Both the position numbers and the translations under genes were made by a program. Source: Gottschalkia acidurici 9a (GTDB taxonomy: Bacteria > Bacillota > Clostridia > Tissierellales > Gottschalkiaceae). From it: a stretch of DNA of 32,000 nt. Under the pieces are notes generated by a model, which was not told the DNA's origin, searched no databases, and saw only the letters and a program-made list of their open reading frames with translations. The number at the start of each line of letters is the position of its first letter. The stretch's first letter is position 1. The stretch lies in contig NC_018664.1 in NCBI RefSeq assembly GCF_000299355.1, positions 1,440,380-1,472,379 on the forward strand. Direction: 5' to 3'. Of this stretch, positions 18,906-27,541 are shown in pieces.

Positions 18906-18945
18906 GGCAAATTCCCTTATCTAAATAAGCATAAGGTAATTTGCC
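18906..18945 (-). terminator. Terminator of YmaF-like gene
   Basis: GGCAAATTCCCTTAT / ATAAGGTAATTTGCC (14 of 15 pairs) just downstream of the minus-strand stop at 18960. Confidence 0.7.
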
Positions 18946-18959
18946 GTTATATTACAATA

Positions 18960-19505
18960 TTAAGATATAGGATCCTGAATTAGTGTTGCAAATACAATTT
19001 GATGGAAGTGTCCATCATCAAAAGTTGTTCTAGCCTTAACAAAATGAATGTGTTTTCCGTTACCTACATCAATAGCTGGACCAGTTTCAGTACCAAGTTC
19101 ATGATGGTGGTTTACGAAGAAATCAGTATTAGTTAGTAGAGCATGTTTATGGCCACCACCAGGTAGAGGAATTGCCTCACTAGTAACTCCTGCAACACGG
19201 TGATTATGACGATCGTCACACTCTTCCGCTAATTTAGTGCTACCTAAGAATTCATGCACGTGAGATTGAGTTCCTTCTTCATTTTCATCACAATGGTCAT
19301 GACGCTTACGTCCATAATACTCATTTTCTCTATAGTCATCATATTCATTATAATAACGATCTTTATCACAATCGTGTTTATGTTTCTTTTTATCATCTTT
19401 ATTACAATCATGTTCATGCTTCTTTCTATTATCCTTATCACAGTGGTTATGACAAGGGGGATTTATTCTCTTTATGCTTTGAATAATATGACAAAATAGA
19501 CACAT
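18960..19505 (-). CDS. YmaF family protein with His/Asp/Lys-rich N-terminal extension
   Basis: HVHEFLGSTKLAEECDDRHNHRVAGVTSEAIPLPGGGHKHALLTNTDFFVNHHHELGTETGPAIDVGNGKHIHFVKARTTFDDGHFHQIVFATLI is the YmaF signature. Confidence 0.88.
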   Translation of the reverse strand: MCLFCHIIQSIKRINPPCHNHCDKDNRKKHEHDCNKDDKKKHKHDCDKDRYYNEYDDYRENEYYGRKRHDHCDENEEGTQSHVHEFLGSTKLAEECDDRHNHRVAGVTSEAIPLPGGGHKHALLTNTDFFVNHHHELGTETGPAIDVGNGKHIHFVKARTTFDDGHFHQIVFATLIQDPIS

Positions 19506-19967
19506 CCTTATTATTAATTTATTGGCGAGTATACAATTTTTGTTATATACAAGCTATATTACATTATATGCACCTATCCTTAATGAGTGACTTGAAAAAA
19601 GTGTTTTACTTAAACATTTAGGAAGTTAAAATTAAAAGAAAAGTTAATTCAAACTTAGAAGAAATGATGTGAAAAAAGTATATAATTAAATAAGTCCTAC
19701 CGAATATACCGACAGACACTTTAGACAAAACTACTAAGATTAAAGTGTATTTTTTTATTGTGGGTAGGTTCAACATGAATTACCTTTTGAGGATTAAAAT
19801 AGTTATAGGTTAGGCTATAGAGCTAATTTATAGTTTTTACCTAAATATTATACTATAATCTTCAAATATAGTACTTTGTAAAGTGTTCCTAGAGTCTGGT
19901 AAATATATGATAAAATAAGTGTAATTAATTATATTTACACAAACACAATATCATATGTGTTAAGGAT

Positions 19968-20321
19968 GTGAAGAGAATAGAATTAAGAAAAATAATCTCA
20001 AAAAGTCTACAGGGAGTACTAGGTGTAATAAGTTCAATTCTATTTACAATAAGTTTTCCTTATTTCGGATGGAACTTTGTAATAAATGTTACAAAAGCAT
20101 TTGAAAATATAGGTTTTAGTATTGATCTAGTTGGACGTCCAGGAACTTATGATCCTGGAGCAGTTATTGTATCAGGATTATATTTATTGACAATATTGTT
20201 AGCTTCTTATCTTACTATTAAAAAGACAAAGTATAAACTCTATGGTAAAATAATTTTGTTCAGTGGAATACTCATGACTATCATGGTTTTTGTATTAGTT
20301 AGTTCTATGATATGGTTCTGA
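19968..20321 (+). CDS. Multi-TM membrane protein, unknown function
   Basis: ISKSLQGVLGVISSILFTISFPYFGWNFVINVTKAF...VIVSGLYLLTILLASYLTI...IILFSGILMTIMVFVLVSSMIWF. Confidence 0.6.
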   Translation: MKRIELRKIISKSLQGVLGVISSILFTISFPYFGWNFVINVTKAFENIGFSIDLVGRPGTYDPGAVIVSGLYLLTILLASYLTIKKTKYKLYGKIILFSGILMTIMVFVLVSSMIWF

Positions 20322-20649
20322 TTATACATAATGATAAACTACAGTATGAGTTTTGAATGTTTAACATTAGAGTAAATGAAGATAGTTAATTTAGTGAACT
20401 AAAGGCTGGATCATATCAAGCTATAGAGGTATATTTTTCATGCCTAATATTTACTTAAGCTATATCATATATTTAACCATGTGAAACTTAATTAGAATAG
20501 AAGATGACTATATAATTGAGTTTTAATTATACTTTCTGTTTCAGTGATTTTTATTATTTTTTGACTGTTATTTTGGAAAAAAGTAAGAGTAGATCTTATA
20601 CACAATTATCATTAAAATAACAAAAGATTACGAGATATATGGAAATGCT

Positions 20650-20769
20650 ATGGGAAAGGCGACTTTATCTATAAGAATATTAATTCTGGTTATGGTAATG
20701 ATTTTTCTACTTGATAATTCTGAATTAATTTCAGTAAGGTTTTTATATGTATTCTATTTATTAATATGA
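20650..20769 (+). CDS. Putative 39-aa TM peptide
   Basis: MGKATLSIRILILVMVMIFLLDNSELISVRFLYVFYLLI; weak RBS. Confidence 0.25.
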   Translation: MGKATLSIRILILVMVMIFLLDNSELISVRFLYVFYLLI

Positions 20770-20850
20770 TATAGAAAAAATATAACGGTAGCATGATCTA
20801 GTTTAATCACAAAAATTATTAAATTGATAAGTAACAATACAAACTGTATT

Positions 20851-20894
20851 AATAGACTAGACTATTGAATGACTCTATATCTAGTCTATTTTTT
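20851..20894 (+). terminator. Strong intrinsic terminator
   Basis: AATAGACTAGA / TCTAGTCTATT 11-bp perfect stem followed by TTTT. Confidence 0.8.
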
Positions 20895-21007
20895 ATATAG
20901 AAAACAACAAAATATGTACAATTAAAAGAATTAATATAAAAATCACCTTTTAACTTTAATTTTAAGACTACTAAAAACAACTATAATATTATAAAAAATT
21001 AAGGAGC

Positions 21008-21145
21008 CTAATTGAAATGCATCTCAATTAATTTACTAAAATCTTCTTTAGTTAGATTTAATGATCTTCTCGTGCTTTTTATTATTCTTCCACCTACAGT
21101 ACTAAGGTTATATAAAGACTTTAAGTTATCAACAGTCTTGCTGAA
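21008..21145 (-). pseudogene. Coding remnant, HTH-like, no start codon
   Basis: Minus strand frame YFSKTVDNLKSLYNLSTVGGRIIKSTRRSLNLTKEDFSKLIEMHFN*; preceded by a stop, no ATG/GTG/TTG start found. Confidence 0.3.
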
Positions 21146-21166
21146 ATAAAACGTTCCAGATCACAA

Positions 21167-21177
21167 GTATTGATAAT
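21167..21177 (+). repeat. attR core direct repeat GTATTGATAAT
   Basis: Identical to 9609..9619; SigK homology resumes here. Confidence 0.95.
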
Positions 21178-21549
21178 GAAATACTTATGACGATACGATC
21201 GTGTAAAAAAACACAATCAGAGGTTTCACTACAAGACCCTATAGGAGTAGACCGTGAGGGTAATGAATTATCACTTATGGATGTACTGGGAACAGACCCA
21301 GATGAAATAACAGATAAGGTTCATCTCAAAATCGAAATAAAAAAGCTTTATGATAAGATAAGCAAGGTTTTAAAAGCGAGAGAAAAAACCATAATACAAC
21401 TTAGATATGGTCTTTTAAATGGTGAACGTAAGACTCAGAGAGAAATAGCTGATATGCTTGGAATTTCAAGGTCATATGTATCCAGAATTGAAAAAAGAGC
21501 TGTACAAAAATTATCAAAAGAATTTAATTATGAAATTAAAGGAAGGTAA
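21178..21549 (+). CDS. sigK: RNA polymerase sigma-K factor, C-terminal half
   Basis: EILMTIRSCKKTQSEVSLQDPIGVDREGNELSLMDVLG...REKTIIQLRYGLLNGERKTQREIADMLGISRSYVSRIEKRAVQKLSKEF (region 4.2 HTH). Confidence 0.96.
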   Translation, partial: EILMTIRSCKKTQSEVSLQDPIGVDREGNELSLMDVLGTDPDEITDKVHLKIEIKKLYDKISKVLKAREKTIIQLRYGLLNGERKTQREIADMLGISRSYVSRIEKRAVQKLSKEFNYEIKGR

Positions 21550-21694
21550 GACATTTGTATCTTTTTTACATTTAACTCAAATAAGATAACATGTTAAATA
21601 AAATCTATAATTAATATTATAAAAATATTAAAATATCAAACAAAGATTTATTAGGCATATTTATCAATATACTAATTTTGAATAATAAACTCGC

Positions 21695-21728
21695 AAAAGT
21701 AGCTATAATTTTCTATATAGCTACTTTT
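21695..21728. terminator. Bidirectional terminator between sigK 3' part and convergent lipoprotein gene
   Basis: AAAAGTAGCTATA / TATAGCTACTTTT perfect 13-bp arms. Confidence 0.88.
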
Positions 21729-21780
21729 AATGTTTTATATTACAATGAACTTATAACATGAATAGTATGACAAGACATTA

Positions 21781-22359
21781 TTACATGTTAGGAGTTATTC
21801 TTCTGATGATTTCTTCTACTTCATTTCCTAATCCAGATATCGGTTTACCATTTCTTACATCTGTACCTAAATTTTCTACTCTTTTGATTAAATCTGGGTC
21901 AGCTGTTACAGCTACATTATTTATATTACTATCTTCTTCTTTTACTTTAGCCTCAACCCTATTCTTTAAGTCAGTAGTAACTTTTCCTTCGGTATTGTCA
22001 TTCGTATTAATACCAACAAGACAAGTATTACCAGTTAATATAACTGATGCATTTTTAACTTCAGGCAATTCTGTTAACTTGTTAGCTATTCTATCAGATT
22101 TCTCTACCATAGAATTATTATCCGTATTAGTGTTTAAGTTATCATTCGGATATCCATCATTTGGATTATTATACAGATGTCTATCTGTACTTTGATTATT
22201 ACTATCTCTAGGCTCTATTCCATTCGTGCTACGAGGAACAGGTTCGTTAGGAGCTATCTTCTTAGGTGTAGTTCTACAACCTATAGATCCTACAGCTACA
22301 GATAGCGTTAAAATAGATAATAAAGAAAATTTCTTTAAACTTTTATTCAATATTAACAC
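21781..22359 (-). CDS. YhcN/YlaJ family sporulation lipoprotein
   Basis: Lipobox SIGC, ...ADRIANKLTELPEVKNASVILTGNTCLVGINTN-type domain (here SDRIANKLTELPEVKNASVILTGNTCLVGINTND). Confidence 0.88.
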   Translation of the reverse strand: MLILNKSLKKFSLLSILTLSVAVGSIGCRTTPKKIAPNEPVPRSTNGIEPRDSNNQSTDRHLYNNPNDGYPNDNLNTNTDNNSMVEKSDRIANKLTELPEVKNASVILTGNTCLVGINTNDNTEGKVTTDLKNRVEAKVKEEDSNINNVAVTADPDLIKRVENLGTDVRNGKPISGLGNEVEEIIRRITPNM

Positions 22360-22488
22360 CTCCAGTATCTATTATGTCTATATATAAAAAAAATATTTAT
22401 ATTATATTAACATTAGATACTGGAATTTTTTTGAAATATTTAATGGGAGTAAAAAGTTAAACCTAAAAGTTCTTTAAAACTATAAAAG

Positions 22489-23178
22489 CTATCTATAATC
22501 ATAATAATACATATAAGGGTCGTAATTATAGTTACAGTAATAATTACTCATATTGTGATTATTATTACTGTGTTTAAGCATAAACATTTCAAGTCTTTGA
22601 TTAACAATGTTCCAATCTATATTCTCCATAAAAATATCTATATATTTCTTTCTATCTATCCCGAAGTCGATCATATAAGCATGCTCATATACATCTAAAA
22701 CCAATAAAGGATGTGCCATCCAAATAGAGCCTTTATCATGTTCATCCTGACCGTATATGTGAAGTCTTTTATCAATATGATCTATGGCTAATACTACCCA
22801 TCCTCTCATAGCCAAACCAGTTTGCTTAAACAAATTTTCCCATCGTTCAAAACTATAGAAATCTCTTATTATAAGATCAACTATAGGTCCGAATGGACGA
22901 TTATAATTACTATTTAGGTTTTCAAAATATAACTCATGTAATTTAACTCCATCTAGAGCATAAGTTTCTCCTAGTCTTAGACAACGAAGAGGACTATAAG
23001 TAGGATTTGAGTCATTAAATTCAGGAGTTTGATCAAGTATATCCCAAATTTTATTGATATTTCTGACATATCCTTTATAAAGCTCATAATGTTGATCTAA
23101 TTGATTTCTGGAGATTCCTTTTACATTATTAAAATTAAATTGCTTAATATTGATTGTATTTTTTGAACTATTTTTCAT
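22489..23178 (-). CDS. Fe/Mn superoxide dismutase-family protein (divergent, Asn/Tyr-rich tail; probably spore-associated)
   Basis: LDQHYELYKGYVRNINKI, LHELYFENL, GRGWVVL-like AMRGWVVLAID, LLVLDVYEHAYMIDFGIDRKKYIDIFMENIDWNIVNQR; C-terminal NNNHNMSNYYCNYNYDPYMYYYDYR. Confidence 0.82.
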   Translation of the reverse strand: MKNSSKNTINIKQFNFNNVKGISRNQLDQHYELYKGYVRNINKIWDILDQTPEFNDSNPTYSPLRCLRLGETYALDGVKLHELYFENLNSNYNRPFGPIVDLIIRDFYSFERWENLFKQTGLAMRGWVVLAIDHIDKRLHIYGQDEHDKGSIWMAHPLLVLDVYEHAYMIDFGIDRKKYIDIFMENIDWNIVNQRLEMFMLKHSNNNHNMSNYYCNYNYDPYMYYYDYR

Positions 23179-23337
23179 AAACTCACCTCATTATATTAAC
23201 TTAGTTTCAGTCATTCTATGCAAGTACATACACATAAGTGAATAAAGTTGTTTACAATCTTTAAAGTTTGGAGAATATATGTTATTATAAATTCAAATAA
23301 TATATATTCTTTGGATTACTTAGAAAGAGGTGAAAAA

Positions 23338-24186
23338 ATGATCATAGATGCAAATACAAACTTATATTGCTTAATAGGACATCCTATATCTAAAAGCTTA
23401 TCACCAGAAATACATAACTATAGCTTTAAAAAAAACGGTATAAATGCTAAATATATTGCATTAGATGTATCTACAGAAGATCTAGAAGATGCTGTCAAGG
23501 GCATAAAAGCTTTAGGTATAAGAGGATGTAACGTTACTATACCTCATAAAATAGACATAATTAAGTATTTGGATGAAATAGACGAAGAAGCTGAGCTGTT
23601 AGGTGCAGTAAATACTGTGAAAAATGAAAATGGAAAACTTATAGGATACAATACAGATGGAAGAGGATTTGTACAAGTATTAAAAGATAAAAATATAGAG
23701 ATAAAAAATAAAAATATAGCTGTTCTAGGAGCTGGAGGAGCCGCAAGAGCCATATCTATAATACTTGCAAAAGAAGGAATCAATCAAATAACAATATTTA
23801 ATAGAACTATTGAAAAAGCTAAAATAATAATAGATGAGATAAAAGAAAAGTTTCCAGATGTCACAGGAATGTATTCAAGTTTAGAAAGTAACAAATATGA
23901 CTTAAGTTCGGTTGATATTTTAATAAACTGTACTTCTATAGGAATGTATCCAAATATAGATGAAATGCCAGTAGATCCTAGCATTTTTCCTAGACAAACT
24001 GTAATTTGTGACATAGTATATAAGCCTTTAAAGACTAAACTATTAGAAATGTCAGAGAAAAATGGAAATATAGCTATCGGTGGATTAGATATGTTAATAT
24101 ATCAGGGAATTTTAAGTGAAGAAATTTGGCTACAAAAAAACATAGATAAAGATTTAGTGATAGAATGGATTAAAGAAAAGATATGA
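23338..24186 (+). CDS. aroE: Shikimate dehydrogenase
   Basis: YCLIGHPISKSLSPEIHN, GCNVTIPHK, GAVNTV, GYNTDGRGF, VLGAGGAARAI; AAAGAGGTG RBS before ATG 23338. Confidence 0.95.
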   Translation: MIIDANTNLYCLIGHPISKSLSPEIHNYSFKKNGINAKYIALDVSTEDLEDAVKGIKALGIRGCNVTIPHKIDIIKYLDEIDEEAELLGAVNTVKNENGKLIGYNTDGRGFVQVLKDKNIEIKNKNIAVLGAGGAARAISIILAKEGINQITIFNRTIEKAKIIIDEIKEKFPDVTGMYSSLESNKYDLSSVDILINCTSIGMYPNIDEMPVDPSIFPRQTVICDIVYKPLKTKLLEMSEKNGNIAIGGLDMLIYQGILSEEIWLQKNIDKDLVIEWIKEKI

Positions 24187-24345
24187 TAAACTTGTATGTT
24201 GTACTAGTTTGAATAATTAGGACAACATACAATCAAACATATACTAAAAAACAATATATAATTCTTATAAAAGATAAACTCACTTCAAAATAATAATTCC
24301 ATAAATAAAGTCCAAAAATTTCATAAAAGAGTCAAAAAATATTAA

Positions 24346-24783
24346 ATGTGTGTGATAAATATGTTTAAGAAGTGTTCAAATAATAAAGGACTTACCCTAG
24401 TAGAGGTAATAGTATCTATATTTCTGTTAGGTATAGTAATGATATCTATAGGTACTTTAGTGAATTACAATATAAAAATGAATTCTAAGGCTAAAAATCA
24501 GATAATAGCAACTACCGTTGCTGAAGATATTATAGAGGAAGTTAAATTCTCTAATAAAATCAGTGTAGGAGAAAAGACAATTTTATATCATAATTTTGTT
24601 ATAGATTTAAAAGTAGAAATATTAAATATAGAAAAAGATAAAAATCAAGGTAATAAATATGTAAGAAATTATGATTTATATAGGATAGAAGTAGAAGTTA
24701 AACTAAATGATGAAGTCATTGAAAAATTGATTACTTATAAAACTTCACAGTCAGGAAGTGGTGTTAGTGAAATGTCAAGATAG
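24346..24783 (+). CDS. Prepilin-type N-methylation protein (minor pilin/pseudopilin)
   Basis: KGLTLVEVIVSIFLLGIVMISIGTLVNY class III signal. Confidence 0.85.
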   Translation: MCVINMFKKCSNNKGLTLVEVIVSIFLLGIVMISIGTLVNYNIKMNSKAKNQIIATTVAEDIIEEVKFSNKISVGEKTILYHNFVIDLKVEILNIEKDKNQGNKYVRNYDLYRIEVEVKLNDEVIEKLITYKTSQSGSGVSEMSR

Positions 24784-25368
24784 CAAAGGCTTTACTTTGA
24801 TATTAGTAATAATAATGACATCAATAATACTTTTCATAGGAACATATATGATTAAGCTAACATCTACAAACTATAAGATGAAAAAACTAAATAGTATAAG
24901 TAAAAAAATTTTTACATAGCAGAAGCAGGAATAGAAGAGGCATATATGATTCTGGATAAGCATGTTCAAGAATCAATAAATTATTCATATGAAAAACTAA
25001 ATGAATATCAGAATATAGCAAATTTAGAAGACACAGAAATAGTTAAAGTATACTCATCAGAGAATGAAAAGTATGAGCTTTTTAAGCGAATCTACAAGGA
25101 ACACATGAAAACAGTAGCCAACAAGTTAAAGAATATCAGTCAATATAACTTAAATAAAATAGATGGATATACTTTCCTAGTAAATACATCAATATTACAA
25201 TCAAGCAAAGATGATGAACTTATATTGAACATAACCATATCATATGACAATAAGAAAGTACTAGAAAATATTAGAGTTAAGTACGCCATTAAAACTCCTG
25301 AGTATGGAGTAACTAACAGTAGTGATGATCTTATAAATAAGATAGATTGGCTAAATACAAAGTGGTGA
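24767..25368 (+). pseudogene. PilX-like prepilin protein, frameshifted
   Basis: GTG 24767 frame: CQDSKGFTLILVIIMTSIILFIGTYMIKLTSTNYKMKKLNSISKK then +1 change in AAAAAAATTTTT to YIAEAGIEEAYMILDKHVQES... continuing to 25368. Confidence 0.75.
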
Positions 25369-25373
25369 AATCT

Positions 25374-25946
25374 ATGAAAAAAGTCAAAGATAATAGAGGA
25401 ATGACTCTTATAGAATTGATATTAAGTGTATTTATATCATCAATTATAGTTATTGTTCTGAGTACTATGTCAATTACAAGTATAAAAATATTTGAGCGTA
25501 TTTACAATAGCATAGAAATACAGCAGCAAGGTCATTTTATAATGGATTTTATGACTAATAAAATTATACATTCTAATAAAATAGATTCTGTATTAAATTA
25601 TAATAATATTTCTGTATATAACACTAATAAAGAAGTAAGTCTAGGAGAAATTAAATTTAAAGATGCTTCACTAGAAAGTGGAAAATGGCATGTTTTTTCT
25701 ATCCAAAAAGACTATAAAGTTGAAGGTAGATCCATCAGATATGGAAATCGCTCACCTGCTACTATAGAAGCAGGTAACTATATAGATTCAATTCATATAA
25801 AGCCGCTACCAGAGAAAAGTGCTTACAGTGAAGCTAAAGGTATAAATATTTCTATAACTATGAAAAAAGGTGAAAACAAAATAAAATTATCTAAAAATAT
25901 ATATTTCAGAAAATTTGATATAGAAGATATATTAACAGGGGGATAA
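25374..25946 (+). CDS. Prepilin-type N-methylation protein
   Basis: MKKVKDNRGMTLIELILSVFISSIIVIVLSTMS; start within the ORF-track frame 25347..25946. Confidence 0.85.
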   Translation: MKKVKDNRGMTLIELILSVFISSIIVIVLSTMSITSIKIFERIYNSIEIQQQGHFIMDFMTNKIIHSNKIDSVLNYNNISVYNTNKEVSLGEIKFKDASLESGKWHVFSIQKDYKVEGRSIRYGNRSPATIEAGNYIDSIHIKPLPEKSAYSEAKGINISITMKKGENKIKLSKNIYFRKFDIEDILTGG

Positions 25947-25947
25947 A

Positions 25948-26367
25948 ATGGGATTAAAAAATAGGGGGATGACCTTAATAGAGGTAATAGTAGTTATATC
26001 AATATTAGCAATAATAACTTCTATAGTTACTCCTAAAAATAATATAAGAACTTATAGACTAAAGTCCTATGCTAGAACAATGACTAATGATATAAGAATG
26101 GTAAGGTATTTAAGAATGACAGAAGGGGAATACTATAGCATCTTATTGCAAGAACACTATTATGTAATTTTAAATGGCACTAAATATATAAAAAAAGTTG
26201 AATTTGGGAAAGATATAAGAATAAGTGATAACCTAGGCAGGGTTATAAGATTTACTTATGCAGGAGTACCTATGGGGGCTGGAAGTATTTTTATACAAGA
26301 TTTAAAAACTAAAGAATACTATGATATAACTATAGTCCCAGCTACAGGCAGAGTATTGCTTAGATGA
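25948..26367 (+). CDS. Prepilin-type N-methylation protein (GspH/FimT-like)
   Basis: MGLKNRGMTLIEVIVVISILAIITSIVTPKN. Confidence 0.85.
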   Translation: MGLKNRGMTLIEVIVVISILAIITSIVTPKNNIRTYRLKSYARTMTNDIRMVRYLRMTEGEYYSILLQEHYYVILNGTKYIKKVEFGKDIRISDNLGRVIRFTYAGVPMGAGSIFIQDLKTKEYYDITIVPATGRVLLR

Positions 26368-26508
26368 TAATGTGAATATTTAAGTAGAATATTATTATTC
26401 TATTCAAATAAATAAAATTATGATATTATATTATGGTGTATTTGGCTATTTGAAATACTTAAACAAATAAAACATTAAGAAAATATAATCAATGTAGGAG
26501 GTTCAAAT

Positions 26509-27066
26509 ATGATTTCAGCAGGCGATTTTAGAAAAGGTCAAACATTTGAAATGGATGGAGATGTTTATCAAGTTATAGATTTTCAACATGTTAAACCTGG
26601 TAAAGGAGCAGCTTTTGTAAGAACTAAAATAAGAGATATAATGCACGGTGGGACAAAAGAAGTTTCTTTTAACCCGAGTGATAGATATCCAAAAGCTCAC
26701 ATAGAGACTAAAGAAATGCAGTACTTATATACTGACGGAGAATTATATCACTTTATGGATACAGAGACTTATGAACAAATGCCACTTGAGCATCAGCAAG
26801 TAGAAGATGCTATTAGATATATTAGAGAAAATGACAATGTTGTAATTAGATTCTATAAAGGCAAAGCTTTTGATGTTCAAGCTCCAAACTTTGTAGAGTT
26901 AGAAGTAACTCATACAGAACCAGGAATAAAGGGAGATACAGCTACAGGAGCTACAAAGCCAGCTACAGTTGAAACTGGTGCTATCATACAAGTACCATTA
27001 TTTGTAAACATAGGAGATGTAATAAAAATAGATACAAGAACTGATGATTATTTATCTAGAGTTTAG
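26509..27066 (+). CDS. efp: Elongation factor P
   Basis: [41 protein letters not shown] ... [17 protein letters not shown]. Confidence 0.97.
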   Translation: MISAGDFRKGQTFEMDGDVYQVIDFQHVKPGKGAAFVRTKIRDIMHGGTKEVSFNPSDRYPKAHIETKEMQYLYTDGELYHFMDTETYEQMPLEHQQVEDAIRYIRENDNVVIRFYKGKAFDVQAPNFVELEVTHTEPGIKGDTATGATKPATVETGAIIQVPLFVNIGDVIKIDTRTDDYLSRV

Positions 27067-27111
27067 TTAATACTACAAATTGTATAAACTAAACTCTGGA
27101 GGTGAATCAAA

Positions 27112-27390
27112 ATGGAATATTTATATGAAAAAGTATCTTATCTTAGGGGATTAGCTGAGGGTCTTGATATAGAAGAAGATAGCAATGAGGGTAAACTACT
27201 ATTACATATAATAGATACTCTTGAAGACTTTGCAGATGCCATAGTAGACTTAGGTGTTGCTCAAGAGGAAATAAGTGAATATGTAGAAGCTATAGATGAA
27301 GATCTATCAGATGTAGAAGATGAGATATATTTTGATTACGATGATGAGTGTCAAAATTGTGAGGAAGAATTTGTATTTGAAGAAGATTAA
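27112..27390 (+). CDS. Small acidic protein, conserved position between efp and spoIIIAA (CD1247-domain-like)
   Basis: YLYEKVSYLRGLAEGLDIEEDSNEGKLLLHIIDTLEDFADAIVDL...YFDYDDECQNCEEEF. Confidence 0.7.
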   Translation: MEYLYEKVSYLRGLAEGLDIEEDSNEGKLLLHIIDTLEDFADAIVDLGVAQEEISEYVEAIDEDLSDVEDEIYFDYDDECQNCEEEFVFEED

Positions 27391-27396
27391 TTTAGG

Positions 27397-27429
27397 AAAA
27401 AGAGACTAGTATATACTAGTCTCTTTTTT
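27397..27429 (+). terminator. Intrinsic terminator
   Basis: AAAAAGAGACTAGTA-TA-TACTAGTCTCTTTTT palindromic stem with T run. Confidence 0.9.
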
Positions 27430-27456
27430 ATTTTTATAAAATTTTAAAATATAGTC

Positions 27457-27483
27457 ATATTTAAATGAGCTTGTCATATCTAT
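27457..27483 (+). promoter_or_regulatory. Sigma-E-like promoter of the spoIIIA operon
   Basis: ATATT (27457-27461) - 13 nt - CATATCTAT (27475-27483), similar to the mother-cell sigma-E consensus; the spoIIIA operon is sigma-E dependent in studied endospore formers. Confidence 0.6.
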
Positions 27484-27541
27484 ATATAAAGACAAGTTTA
27501 AAGTAAAAATAAAACTTTAGGACAAGAAGGAGGGAAGTTGA

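Larger units (their letters stand above)
9609..21177. mobile_element. skin (sigK intervening) element, 11,558 bp between repeat starts, integrated within the sigK coding sequence
   Basis: sigK split at ...ARCIDN / EILM...; 11-bp direct repeats at both junctions; large serine recombinase gene at the left end; removal of one repeat plus the intervening DNA restores an in-frame 237-aa SigK. Confidence 0.97.

Noticed and set aside
19244-19499. Alternative minus (19244..19441) and plus (19254..19499) ORFs
   Set aside because: Created by the repetitive His/Asp/Lys codons of the YmaF extension; low-complexity Met/Ile/Thr/Phe-only composition.
9679-21177. Possible intact prophage
   Set aside because: No capsid, terminase, portal, tail or lysis genes; only a serine recombinase, a replication-like remnant and small genes, consistent with a degenerate skin element.
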